Part shown: in pieces, positions 28,464 through 41,817 of the stretch
Layout of the letters: each line of letters starts with the position of its first letter
Position numbering within the stretch: position 1 is the first letter of the stretch
Source of the DNA: Octopus sinensis
Taxonomy: Eukaryota
Assembly: GCF_006345805.1 (NCBI RefSeq)
Contig: NC_043004.1
Location: 18,662,001 to 18,726,000, forward strand
Reading direction: 5' to 3'
DNA length: 64,000 nucleotides
Notes under the pieces: model-generated
What the model saw: only the letters and a program-made list of their open reading frames with translations
What the model was told of the DNA's origin: nothing
Database searches by the model: none
Made by a program: the position numbers and the translations under genes

Positions 28464-29602
28464 TATATATATATAATGTACCGTTCCGTGATAGAAAATT
28501 CAACAAATAAAGTACTCTATCTGGTGAGAGATAAATATCTAAAGGCCACAGTACATGTCTTTAAGTGCTTCTAATCGTTTTATATGTTGAGAAATAACTC
28601 AAACATATTCTTCAAGCACAAACTACATATCAAAACGAATATTTATAGTTCGTTATGATATGCGGTTTGTGCCTAAAGCCTATGTTTGAGATATTTCTCA
28701 ACATGTGAAACTATTAGTAGTACTGTGTCCTTTAAATAAATAACACAAACACAAACACAAACACACACACACACGCACACACACACGCACACACACACAC
28801 GCACGCACACACACGCACACACACACTCATACTTACACAAACACACACATACACACGCACACAAACATTTAGACATATACACATATATAAAGAGAGGAAG
28901 AAAGAAGAAGGAGTATATTAATGTACTAATTGCGTCGCGGGCAGAGTTTAATATGCATAAGGCTATTCCATACATAAAATTTCCGGTTAATATTCATTCG
29001 GTAACTGAACAATTGCTTAAATAATAACGATAACGTAGGTACTAAAGTCTCTTTCAAAATCTTTCATCGAAGTCTATTGATGACAAATTCATTGTTTCAC
29101 TGGAGACTATTACAATTATATATATATATTCAGACAGCAGCAAAGCAAACACGTACGCATCCTTTGCAAGTGTAATGTTGTACTAATGTATGCAATTTAC
29201 ATATTTGCTAGTGTCCCTTCCCACGAGATATCAATTTGGCTTCCGTATTTCTTGTATGATTCAAAATTGATTTCGATCCTATGAGGCTTGCAATTTAAAA
29301 TGTCTTAGAGTCTACTACTAATTATCATCTCAACGATTATCTTCTTCTGATATGTCAAATGCATTCGTTGTTCAACAGAAAGCAAGCATAAATGTATGTC
29401 CATCCCATTCCGAATATTTTGTCGCGCAACACAGAAGCAGGAACACACGCACACGCACACACACACACACAGGCGCACACACCTATATATGTAAGCATTT
29501 TCCCCAGAGGGAAAACAGTCATAGTTATTGGTATATGTGTGTGTGTATGTTAGTGTGTGTGTGTGCATGTATATACAGACGCACTTACATACACATCCAT
29601 AC

Positions 29603-29817
<215 letters not shown>

Positions 29818-29841
29818 ATTTATACATTCATGCAAGCTTCT

Positions 29842-29960
29842 AGGCGCAGGCATACCTGTATAAGAATATTGCTTTGCAACCACATGCATTCGGGTTTGGT
29901 TCCACGACTTGGCACCTTGGCGAACTGTCTCCTACCGTAGCCCCGGGCCTACCAAAACCT
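29842..29960 (+). mobile_element. Degenerate SINE of a second family (CORE-like); related copies at 35435-35580 and ~8840-8960
   Basis: Shared TTGCTT..CAACCACA, CCTTGG(G)CAA(G)TGT.TTCTAC.ATAG.CC and G.C.ACCAAA segments. Confidence 0.5.
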
Positions 29961-30110
29961 TACTGACATGTGAGTTAACCGCCCGGCACCGAGCGAGATC
30001 TCTAGCCTATTGTTTCTTATGCGGCTGTAAGGGCGTTTTAACTCTAATTTTTACCGATGTAGGTGGTACACTGTAGACTCGGTTACGACTGAAGTTTTCC
30101 TTTTTGGTTT

Positions 30111-30135
30111 TATATTGTGTATAACCGCCTTCGTT

Positions 30136-30215
<80 letters not shown>

Positions 30216-30302
30216 ATGTATATACATATATATATATATGTATGTATATATATATATATTATATATATATATATATGTATGTATATGTATATATATATAT
30301 AT

Positions 30303-30335
<33 letters not shown>

Positions 30336-30575
30336 ATGTGTGTGTGTGTATGTGTAGTGTGTGTATATATACATGTATATATATGTGGTTGTGTGTGTAG
30401 AGAGAGAGGGGGAGAAATATAGATAGATAAACCTACTTGGAAATGGATGCGTGGCTTTCAATCATATATTAAAATAATTAAATATATATATGTATGTATA
30501 TATATATATATTTGTGTGCATATATACATACATATATGTACATACATACACATATATGTATTTATATATGCATAT
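30111..30575. repeat. (TA)n/(TG)n compound microsatellite; similar tracts at 15071-15135, 15383-15445, 16131-16243, 36343-36459, 59797-60023 and 61099-61240
   Basis: Visible directly. Confidence 0.9.
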
Positions 30576-31112
30576 ATGGGTACAGTACGTCACAAAGCAT
30601 AAACAATTTGAAAAACGAAAACATGAAATACGTAAAGTTGGATATGCAAACAACGAGGGAAACAAATGGAAAACAAAACAAATAAAATAAAGAACGACTC
30701 TTCATCAGTTGTCGGCTCTCCATCTACTCCTCATTTCGAGCATTGAACGGCAATATGAAACTTCGAAAGGCAGTTGCTCCCGCGAACCAAATAGAATTGG
30801 GATTTGCGGAGGGTCAAAGTTGGTAACAAAAACAGGACAGTGGAGACACACAAGGAAAACTAAAGACTGTGCCGTAGCATGGCCGCTGGTCTCAAGCTGA
30901 AACAAGTAAAGAATAAAATGTATATGATTTTGTAAATTAACCTGATACGTTGATATTTCTGTGGTACAATAATACCGATGCAATGTATTGTCACACATAT
31001 AAAATAATATTTTAGCAACGCTATTCTGATAAAATATCGATGAAACAATTGTAGAATTGTGTAATAAAACGAATTGCTCTCTCCATTCTTCTTGTTGATA
31101 TTTGCATAAACT

Positions 31113-31520
31113 AAGGTGGTGATCTGACAGAATCGTTAGTATGCCGGGTAAAATGCTTAGTGATATTTCGTCTGTTTTTACGTTCTTTTTTATGTTCACA
31201 TGCCACCGTGGTCGACTTTGCTTCCATCCTTTCGTAGTAGATAAAATAAGTACCAGTTGAACACCGGGGTTGATTTAAGCAACTTAGCCCATTCCTCGAA
31301 ATTGCTGGGCGTGTGCCAAAGTTTGAAGCCAAAATGTGTATAAACCTAGGCGGCAAGATGGCAGACATGTTAACACTTCGGGCAAAATGTTTAGCGGCAT
31401 TTCTTTCAGATTTGCGTTCCTAGTTAAAATTCTTTTTATACCATTGGGTCGATAAAATAAGTACCAATTGAGCACTGAGATCTAAGTACTCGACTTACCC
31501 TAAACTGCTAGCTTGAGCCA
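31113..31520 (+). mobile_element. Two tandem degenerate copies of the tRNA-derived SINE
   Basis: AAGGTGGTGATCTGACAGAATCGTTAG... and AGGCGGCAAGATGGCAGA..., each with GATAAAATAAGTACCA. Confidence 0.7.
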
Positions 31521-32560
31521 AAATCTTGAAGGATTCTTATGGATTTTAAGGTATATCATTAATAAAACTATCCATTTCTGTTTTATAATTTTATCTCATT
31601 GACGTCAGTTGTCATCCATCACTTTGTGGTGAACACGATTAATTGTATTTGTTTTGCCACCGTGGTGGCAGTTGCAGGATGATCAGATTTTGGGTCATCT
31701 TCAAGACTCTCTGTTCCTTTTCTAAATTCAGCCGCACTTTTGCACTGTTGATACAACTGAACACACATCATTCGGTATCTATCATGCACAAAATGTACCA
31801 GATTACATGATGATGTACTTCATTGAATATTTATTGATTTATATAGCGCTCCCATACGATGTGAATTTCTTCGAATGGCAGTCATCTCATTCCTAGTTCT
31901 CACTCTGAAGATCCAGAGTGTTTCCTAGTGAAACTTGAGCTAACTAATTGATAATTATAATTCATATATTTCCTTTAATATATGTTTCGGTCGTTGGTTT
32001 GTGAGTGTGCCAATGAATTTTCAGTACGTCTGCTTGCTCGCTTTATTTTCTCTCTCCCTCTTTCTCTTTCTTTCTACCTCTTCCTCTCTCTCACCCTCCT
32101 CTCTCTCTCTCACACATATATATATATATATGATAAAGTAAAATGGTTAAATGTTCAGTTATAAATATTAAATATGAGATTGCAAACTTTAAAAAGTAAA
32201 AGAAGTAACGCACATAAAAGAAGTAACGTACATTAAATGATACAAAGTATCGGGGATTTTGTGTGACTGCCGTGATAGATATAAACAATATAACTGACCC
32301 ATTGGCAATTTTTGGACACAAACTTCATGATCAGTGATGTGCCTGATCAATTTAAAGGGTCTCTTCACATAGAAGGAATGAATTATTTAATTCATATTTC
32401 TCTTACAGTATCTAAGTGTATACTGACTCTTCTGATTTATGTGCCTTGTGCATATTCATGACGAGAGTAGTCAAAATCACATATACAGAAATTAAGCTTT
32501 CCTCCAGGACGCTAGTCTTAATTACTACTGGATTATGTAACACGTTAACGGTATATACTA

Positions 32561-32795
32561 AGGCGGCGAGCTGGCAGAAACGTTAGCACGCCGGGCGAAA
32601 TGTGTAACCGTATTTCGTCTGCCGTTACGTTCTTGAGTTCAAATTCCGCCGAGGTCGACTTTGCCTTTCATCCTTTCGGGGTCGATAAATTAAGTACCAG
32701 TTACGCACTGGGGTCGATGTAATCGACTTGATCCGTTTGTCTGTCCTTGTTTGTCCCCTCTGTGTTTAGCCCCTTGTGGGTAGTAAAGAAATAGG
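32561..32795 (+). mobile_element. Full-length tRNA-derived SINE (central GCCTTTCATCCTTTCGGGGTCGATAAA domain, Meta-domain-like from memory); more copies at 17300-17405, 18470-18600, 35020-35200 and 41790-43010
   Basis: Pol III-like head (GAGCTGGCAGAA..GAGTTCAAATTCC), conserved core and 3' tail matching the Tx1 LINE; at least ten copies in the window. Confidence 0.9.
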
Positions 32796-32982
32796 TATAT
32801 ACTATTGTTGGGGACACAGCTGGCAGCGTATTCTCTATGGAGGGGTCGAAAATCTTGAGACATTCCGTCAGAAGTCTCCCCCGTTCATTCTTTGCACATC
32901 AGTTACATAGCAAGAAAGTTTTTCATTCTTATTTCAGCAACAACCAAATTTTCTAGCATATATGCTCTAACTCACACACACA

Positions 32983-33069
<87 letters not shown>

Positions 33070-33463
33070 GTCTATTCATTCATGTTTCAGATATACCGTT
33101 CAGATATAAATAGACAAATTTCTTTCACATAACCAGAGACAATCTGACAGTGAAGCCATACGCACACAGACACAAATTCATAGCAAAACGAAAATCATCG
33201 ACACACCAACAAAAAGGCAGCCACACAACGCCTTGCCCTGCATTCCTGAAATATATCGTCGGAATTTCAGCAAAAACATTGACACCATTCAGCATTTGTA
33301 AATTCATTTCACTATTAATTTCTGATATTCACACATCACTTGTACTTTCATTTTACTACAACTTACTATTCTTCTATATGATATACCTATTTTCCTTGCT
33401 TTCCTACAACATTGAGTCCGAATTTCATTTCACTATTACTTACTGATATTTATGATCAAAAAA

Positions 33464-33976
33464 TCTCTATATATAAAACTGTAGTTGTGTGAGTGTCTGT
33501 CCCCTTCGATTTAGATTCCTAACTACTCCCACATTTTGCGGTGCAGTTTAACCAAATTCGGGTATCTTATAGTCGTGATTCATATCGCGCCCGTCTGAGT
33601 ATTAGCGCGCGTCTACGATGAGTCTACGATTTAAAAAATAATTTAACATCATTTTTTATTCCATTTTAATGCATAATTTTTCGTGTGTCGATGGCGGCGG
33701 AGTTGGCGTCCATGGTCACACCTGCACCTGTTTGCTTCTCCCCCTTCTTCCCTCCCTCGTGAAGCTGTGGGGAAGGGAGTGTAAGGAAATCAACGTCGTA
33801 AAGCGTTGCCAAGGAGACCAGCGTTCTTTTAGAACAACGACTTCATGGCTTGAAGACACCAAAACAGAAATGGCTAAGAAAGCCCGAATTGGCATCTATA
33901 AGGGAAGTAACTCTCTAAAAATGCTTATATAGTTATTTCCCTTACAAACCCGAGCAACGCCGGGCGATACTGCTAG
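33464..33976 (+). mobile_element. Non-autonomous Helitron
   Basis: A|TC 5' start, 3' hairpin CCCGAGCAACGCCGGG, CTAG|T end, no TSD. Confidence 0.8.
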
Positions 33977-34560
33977 TGTCTCATAAAAAAGACCGTCACA
34001 AAACGAACACCAAACGCACGACGTGCATCAGAAAACGACGATAAGACACGCGCAAAACTTGCAGATCAGAAAAAAATCTCGACATGCATCTGAAACTGAA
34101 CATCAACGAAATGCTAGATAAACACATACAACTCACTTATTATTGTCATATCATAAACAAACACAAATCCATGTATGTTATTGATCTTCTACTTCAATTA
34201 TTACATAGTTTTCCCTTCTAAAAATGCAAAGATACAGGTTCAATGTGGCTCCCGATAAACAGTAGAAGTAATTACCCTATCAACGACGGGTTTTACTGCT
34301 AGTCTTTACTAAGCTTTTTTGTAATTGCCCTGTCGAGAAGGCAATGTTTTGTTTTTCCAATGAATAAATGATCCGTTAAATTTGCTACATACCTTGAACT
34401 GTCCATGGCAATGCGTATTAGCCGTTTGCTACGTTGCAATATGTCGGTGAGACTGTAGAAAATCACGGTTGATTGTCAGTATTTGTGATGTAAAAAGATT
34501 GTATCACCCGGTCAGTTCGAATGTCTGTCAACACTAACGTTGTTCACTATAATCAATACT
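33977..34560. mobile_element. Further Helitron remnants (Rep-like repeat, second hairpin/CTAG end at ~34273-34303, helicase-like HGQ motif on minus strand)
   Basis: ARRASENDDKTRAKL/RHASETEHQRNAR; ACCCTATCAACGACGGGT...CTAGT; CHGQF..YVA on the minus strand near 34400. Another hairpin+CTAGT end lies at ~35700-35731. Confidence 0.5.
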
Positions 34561-35738
34561 GTAGTTAATTTGCATGCAAACAGAAATACCATGTCGCTCT
34601 TGGCATGCTTTGAAATTAGAACAGTCAGTAGAAAAAAGGTTCTGTATATACAGTCCAACACAGTTTGAAGTTTCTTCAGCATCTTTGTCTTACAAATGGT
34701 GATCTGAATATCTTACTGGAATCAAACCAATCTGAATTGGAAAAGAACTTACGATTTTACACAGGACGGTACCAAATAGAATTTACGACTGCCAGCTGAA
34801 CATACATACATGAACATATATGAGAGGTTTTGGTATCCAGAAGACCTAAAAGGCAGGTAAGGCTATGTAAAGTGTTAGCTAACATTGAGATGTACATATA
34901 GTGTTATTGTATACAGTGGAAGTTTCACACGAAGTTTTTAACTCAGTTTCTAGTGGCTAGTAATCCATTACTTTAGATTTGAAGCTATTAAATCTTTAAA
35001 CATTATTTTACTGGGTTTGAAGGCGGCGAGCAGGCAGAATCGTTAGCACACCGGGCGAAATATTTAAGGGTATTTCATCTGTCGCTACTTCTGAGTTCAA
35101 ATTCCGCCGAGGTCGAATTTGCCTGTCATCCTTTCGGGGTCGATAAATCAAGTATCAGTTGAGTACTGGGTCGATATGATCGTCTTCCCCCTCCCTACAA
35201 AATCCAGGCATTGAGCCTACACTTGAAAGGATTATTTTACTGGGTTTAGTCTTTCGACCGTCGCCATGATGGGGTATCACCTTCAAAAATTTAATTGATC
35301 ATATTGACGTCAATACTTGTTTCAGCCTGGCGTTTATTTTATTGAACTCTGCTTGATGAACTATTAACTTTGAGACATAGTGGGGCACTATGTCTCAATT
35401 TAACAACAAATGTAATCACACACAAACACATATTAGGTGCAAGAATGACTGTGTAGTTCAAAGGTTTGCTTCCCAACCACACGGTTTCACGTTCAATTTC
35501 TCTGCATGTTAGCTTAGGCAAGTGTTTTCTACTATAGTCCTAGGCTAACCACAGAGTTGTGCCTGGATTTGGTAGACGTTGCATTAGAAAATGACCGAAA
35601 AGTATATTTATAGAGAAGAGTTGTCTGCTTCACACTCCTCGTGTGCCGATTCTGCCCATAAAAAAGGAATAAATAATACAATGTTGCTATAGGTCATAAA
35701 CACCTGGTCAACGCCGGGGTGCATTGCTAGTGTATATG

Positions 35739-35774
<36 letters not shown>

Positions 35775-35856
35775 CCACAATTGAGGGTAAAATTAATTAA
35801 TTAATCAATTTCACCAAGTATTCAGTATGCAAAGGGACCATTTAAGGCGAATTCAA

Positions 35857-36343
35857 ATTATTACATTATATAAAAGGGCTTAGTAAAATAAATTACTTTG
35901 CCGCATACTGAACTCATTAGAAATAGCAGCCAAAAAAAACTTTTCTAAAACTATTTCTAATACTTAAAGAAAACTCTCTCATATAGTGTTTGCTCAATTC
36001 AACTCACGGAAGTATGGGGGTAGAGACATTAAAAATCAAATGCAAAGGTTATTTTAGAACGTACGTTTCAAGATTGTCAAACTCGACATTTCTGAGCTGA
36101 TGATAGAAATGTCGAGTTTGACTAATCTTGAAACGTACGTTCTCAAATAACCTTTGCATTTGATTTTTAATGTCTCTACCCCCATACTTCCGTGAGTTGA
36201 ATTGAGCAAACACTATATGAGAGAGGTTTTCTTTAAGTATTAGAAATAGTTTTAGAAAAGTTTTTTTTGGCTGCTATTTCTAATGAGTTCAGTATGCGGC
36301 AAAGTAATTTATTTTACTAAGCCCTTTTATATAATGTAATAAT
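35857..36343. repeat. Long palindrome (~237-bp arms, 11-nt loop) in (TA)n context, Penelope-type inverted terminal structure
   Basis: Arms 35857-36093 and 36105-36343 are nearly perfectly complementary. Confidence 0.9.
36093..36145 (+). ncRNA. Minimal type I hammerhead ribozyme candidate
   Basis: TGAG-CTGATGA-(weak stem II)-GAAAC-GTAC-GTT-CTCA. Confidence 0.55.
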
Positions 36344-36380
36344 ATATATATATATATATTATAATATATATATATATAAT

Positions 36381-36433
<53 letters not shown>

Positions 36434-36457
36434 TATATATATATTTTTATATATATA

Positions 36458-37042
36458 TACTTGAACTGAAATCAAACAATATTTCTTAAAATGAACATAA
36501 TATCACGATTGATCTATGTTTAATAATAGTCAATATAAATGTTAGTTGTTTAGTTGATTTTGAATCATAATTTTACATCGTGCAGAAAGTGGGGAAGAGA
36601 GAGAGAGTAAAAAGGAGATACGAAGAGAGTTAACATGATGAGTGCAGAATGAGTACGCATATAAGGCTTAGTGGCAAGCAATAAGTGAAAGAACGCTGCA
36701 CACTCACAGTGAGACAAAAAGAATTACAGAGACGGAAAGCGAAAATGAGGAGGAGGGGAGGAACAGCAGAAAAATTGGGTATGGCCGAAGTTTAATGGAC
36801 GAAACAAGGAAAAAAATAAAAGAAAGATACATACAATATGTATAATTTGACTATAACCAAATTACCCATGTGGAAAAAGTGGTCTTCCAGAGTTATGATA
36901 TGAGGGTAACACTCCAGTCAGTTTATAATATAGCTTATCTGTTTCGATATATCGACATATAAACTACAGTCTATTATTTCCGATATTTATGATGCTGCTA
37001 ATATTTAATTTTACCATATTCCTATGTGGCTTCCGCTTTCTA
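36458..37042. repeat. Left arm of an inverted-repeat pair (partner 39964-40447)
   Basis: Reverse complement of 39964-40447 apart from indels (one ~95 bp). Confidence 0.9.
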
Positions 37043-38363
37043 CGCTAATTGTATAAAATGCAATTATGTGGGGATTAACAGCTAAAATTTCAGTGTGAAA
37101 TGCTGTTAGGCAATTCGAGAGAGAAGCAAAACAACTGACTGACGTCAGTGGGCCCACTTATTTTTTGTGGCTAAAATTAGTAATTATAATATCTAATATA
37201 ATCTATGTATTAAAAAGATTATTTGGTCATATCGCCTACCTTCGCCTACCTTTTGCGTTACACAAAGGGAAGTAACTGAACGGAGACTAGGTGGAGATGA
37301 TATAGAGTAAAAAGTAAACAAGTTGATATGATAGTTGGTAATGGTGATGTTCAGTTGTTGTTTGTGATAGTTGTTGTTTACTTGTTGTTGGTGTTCATGA
37401 AGTATTGGTGGTAGTGAAAACAATCACTTGTACTGAGGCGCATGCGCTATATCATATGGCTTTTGGTTTTCAAGTTTTCAGTGAACAAAAATAAATTGTT
37501 CGATGTCAGTACCTTACTAAGTACAAAAACCACCACTGCCTTCTCCATTAATGAATACCTTATCTATATTATAACCACAACAGACAAATATGCCTATTAG
37601 TGTATGTATATAAGTATGGGTATGTGTATACATGCGCACACCAGCGCACGATATACCCCTGTATCGATTCAACAGCGTTCCATTTTGTTTTTCTTTTCTC
37701 TTTATTACCTCAGCTAAAAATAGTTACAACTTGTTCCATCTCCCCCCTCCAAATCTCCCTTCTCCCTTTCTCTCCCCCTCTCTCATACGTACCATTCATC
37801 GTTGTTTTAAACATCACAATAATAACAAATGTGTTAAGTGACATCATGATTTACAGTCTTCCCCTAGCCAGCCTCTTTTATAGACAGTTACTTTATATCC
37901 AGTTGACTACTCCTAATACCTTCTTTCCTCCATGAAGAAAAGGGATACATATGGCAATATTTATGACCACACCTAGCCATGAGCTGTCAACTCACTCTTG
38001 CCCTTCATTCTGAACAGACGCAGTCCTCCAATCTTAGATTTAGCTGTCGATAAAAAGAGAAATGAATTAGAAATGAATCACAATCCTTTTCAAGCTAAGA
38101 CTCCAGTGGGCTTCATGCCATTCTTGGAAGTGTAGTCTATTGTTAGCTACAATAGCGACAACATGAATTTCTTCCATCTTCTTGCTCTGTTAAAGTATTT
38201 GAAAAAAATTCTATTACTATGTCGAACTGGTTAAAATTCTTTTTATTTGTGCAGCTAATGATAGCACTGCATTTAAAATGATGCACTGATTGCATTGATC
38301 AACGAAATGGAGCCACTTGAAACGGTTGTACTGCATCACTTCTTGATATCCAGTTGCTTATTT

Positions 38364-38396
<33 letters not shown>

Positions 38397-38399
<3 letters not shown>

Positions 38400-39090
38400 T
38401 TTGATACTTTGATAGGTTTCGGCCATTATTGGCCCAGGCCATGTCTAACTTAATAGCACCACCTGGTGAAGTCTTTCAAGTCAGAATTTGGGCACTATGG
38501 CCCACTCAAGTAGAGAGTTATTGTTTACAGAGACATATCCGGGTGTAGGGGGTTTATCCGGGATTTCTTGAAGGAATCTGTCCAAAGACTTCTTGAACCC
38601 TATAGGGTCAGTTTCTGTTTTAATGTGTTTTGGTGTAATGTTAAAGAGAGCGGGGCCAATTGAGGTGAAATAATTGTGCCGTATTGTTATTATGAGATGA
38701 GAGTGCGATTTTTGTTTTGGGCGGGTGACACGGGGCCCAAGCCTTGGATGTACCTTAAAGGTGATGCCAACATCATTTGGGCAATGCTGATGGAATATTT
38801 TCCACATCATGCAGATGATGTAGCGCTCACGACGACGTTGGAGAGAATAAAGTTTTAGCTTTTCTAGTCGACCCCAATAGTCGAGGCCTGTCATGCCATC
38901 TATCTTTTTTGTGATTGCCTTTTGAGGTGCTTCAACTTTTATGATACCTTGTATTGTGTGGGGAGACCACAGTGGACAACAGTATTCAAGGTGGGGTCGG
39001 GCAAAAGTGGAGAAGAGAAGGATAATGATGTGGATATCTCTCGACTGGAAAGTTCTGAGAATCCAGGAACACATTCTGCGGGCCATGTCA
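38397..39090 (-). pseudogene. CR1/L2-group LINE 3' fragment (RT C-terminus, open for 201 aa)
   Basis: RPHLEYCCPLWSP, Y..RLEKLKLYSLQRRRER and FKKSLDRFL..IPDKP; (ATCAAAGT)2 tail; flanked by (TA)n. Confidence 0.85.
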
Positions 39091-39097
39091 ACTTTAT

Positions 39098-39142
<45 letters not shown>

Positions 39143-39224
39143 AGAGTTTACGAAAAAAACAAAAGACGAAGACAGGTGGTGTACAAACAGATGTATTAGT
39201 ATAGCGCTCAGGAATCGAAAAAGT

Positions 39225-39260
39225 CTTTTACGTTTCGAACCTACGCTCTTCTACAGAAAG
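39225..39260 (-). ncRNA. Minimal hammerhead-like motif with variant core
   Basis: CTTT-CTGTAGAA-GAGC GTAG GTTC-GAAAC-GTA-AAAG; the core has U in place of A6. Confidence 0.4.
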
Positions 39261-39963
39261 GGACACAGAAAAAACAAGGAGAGAGAAAAGAGGAGAGAAA
39301 AGAACAAGGAGAGAAAAAATGTGTGTAGTGGTTATCGATCTATCATGATATCAAATGCTAGCAAGAATACAATATTTCAATGTGCAACCATAATATACTA
39401 CAAAGTATATTACTAGTATACATGTCAATATTGCGTCTTACTTTTGTGTTAGCAGTGCGATATTCTCACTCTTAAGTGTATGGCTATAGACTTTCGATGT
39501 AGTTCAGAGCCAGCACTGAAAAACAAAAAAAACGTCTTTGCTAGCAATTAATATACAATTGCCAGTTGCCAGGAAGTGCTTAATATGTAAATTGGTCTCA
39601 CCCAACCGTGTTACACCGCTAAACTTAGTGGCTAACACAGTTACTTCGTGGATAGTTGACGGATTCGATGTGGTACAGATGATAGAGCAATAACTCTTTA
39701 AATATGCATTGTTTACATAGACGTATTCGTATATGAAACGTTGTAACTTACAGTTCTGTCTCTTAATTCTATAGAAAATCTATAGAGATATAGAGATACA
39801 TTTACATGTGATGTGATGTGTGCGTGTGTGTGTATCTACGTATGTATATATGTAAGTAGGTATGCATGTGTTAATCCCACGGGTACGGTGAATAGTATTA
39901 GGTTTGGCGAGTGAACTGTTGTTTGTTGTTATGGTGATGGTTAAAACTACGACGAATCATACA

Positions 39964-40447
39964 TAGAAAGCGGAAGCCACATAGGAATATGGTAAAATTA
40001 AATATTAGCAGCATCATAAATATCGGAAATAATAGACTGTAGTTTATATGTCGATATATCGAAACAGATAAGCTATATTATAAACTGACTGGAGTGTTAC
40101 CCTCATATCATAACTCTGGAAGACCACTTTTTCCACATGGGTAATTTGGTTATAGTCAAATTATACATATTGCATGTACCTTTCTTTTACTTTTTTCCTT
40201 GTTTCATCCATTAGACTTCCCAATTTTTTTGCTGTTTCCCCCTCCTCCTCCTGCATTCATTCTGCACTCATCATGTTAACTCTCTTCGTATCTCCTTTTT
40301 ACTCTCTCTTCCCCACTTTCTGCGCGATGTAAAAGCATGATTCAAAATCAACTAAGCAACTAACATTTATATTGACTATTATTAAACAGAGATTAATCGT
40401 GATGCTACTTTCATTTTAAGAAATACTGTATGATTTCAGTTCAAGTA
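39964..40447. repeat. Right arm of the inverted-repeat pair
   Basis: See 36458-37042. Confidence 0.9.
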
Positions 40448-40636
40448 TGATGGAATAACCAAAGTATATATGCGTTTATACTGATATTCTCTAATACAGT
40501 TATATAATTTTTGTTTTCCTTGAACTGGTTTTAATAATTGTCCAGCACCCTTAGTTAGTCATCACCACTACGAGAACCAAGTATTTAGTGCATTAACTAA
40601 TGCAGTGACTTTTTCAGCTACATCCAACAACCTAGA

Positions 40637-40820
40637 CCTCCTCCTCCTCCTCCTCCTCTTCTTCTTCTTCTTCTTCTTCTTCCTTCTCCTCCTCTTTTTC
40701 ATCCACCACCTCCTCCTCCACCACCACCACCACAACCACCACCTCCCCCTCCTCTACTTCTTCTTCCTCCTCTCCCCTCCTCCCCCTCCCCACCCCTTCA
40801 TCTTCCTCCTCTTCCCCCTC
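40637..40820. repeat. (CTC/CTT/CAC)n low-complexity tract
   Basis: Visible directly. Confidence 0.9.
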
Positions 40821-41243
40821 TCGATCCCATTCTTTATTTTATTCATATTTTGTGGAATTACTAAGTTACCGGACGTAAACATATTTCTATTTATCGAATG
40901 TCATTCAGAAGTCCTGAGTTTATTCGATGCGCTGTGCAGTGGAATATGAACCCAGAATTCTGGTGACTACGAAACAAACTTCTTTATCATACAGTCAAAC
41001 CGATATGTCTGGAGTTTTCAAACCAAATATTTGGGCAAAAAAATCTACCACGCGCTCGCCAAAAACATATTCGCACGCAGCGTTACACACACGCGCTCGC
41101 GCACACTCATACACGCGCATACATTTTTCTGTTTATTGTTTTTACCGAAATACCGCTCTATATATAAACACTCATTATCAAACATCTAAATATAATTATT
41201 AAAATATTAAAAGATAATTCGACTGTTTGTTTGTTCGATTCCT

Positions 41244-41580
41244 TAATGAATCTATAATTCTTAAATGATAAACACAAAATGTGACGTTTGCAGTTATCAA
41301 GAGACTTAATGAATGTTTAATTCTCAACTATTCAATTTTTAATTTAGAGAAATTAGAGTTGATAGTATTCAATCAGAAAAATATTACTATTAGCAACACA
41401 TTACACTAAATAATGAATCTATAATTCTTAAATGATAAACACAAAATGTGACGTTTGCAGTTATCAAGAGACTTAATGAATGTTTAATTCTCAACTATTC
41501 AATTTTTAATTTAGAGAAATTAGAGTTGATAGTATTCAATCAGAAAAATATTACTATTAGCAACACATTACACTAAATAA
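41244..41580. repeat. Apparently perfect 167-bp tandem duplication
   Basis: Units start TAATGAATCTATAATTC at 41244 and 41411. Confidence 0.9.
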
Positions 41581-41817
41581 GCGAATACGTTACTACTTGG
41601 AAAACATGGCGTAACTATTTACATGAATCATGCAGAGATTAATGATATTAATGAGGCTATGGAAACGAGCACAGAGGTGTTGAGAGCATAAGAGTGGGCG
41701 ACTGAAAATATAATTGTCCTTGATTCTCTATGTTTCTATAATAACAAACAAGTGTCTTTGGTGTGTCCCTCTCAGTCACACTAGTGTTCGCCTGGTACTT
41801 ATTTTGTCGACCCTGAT

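Noticed and set aside
39990-40145. Duplicated exon within the identical part of the inverted repeat
   Set aside because: In-frame TAG, weak acceptor and no recognisable protein.
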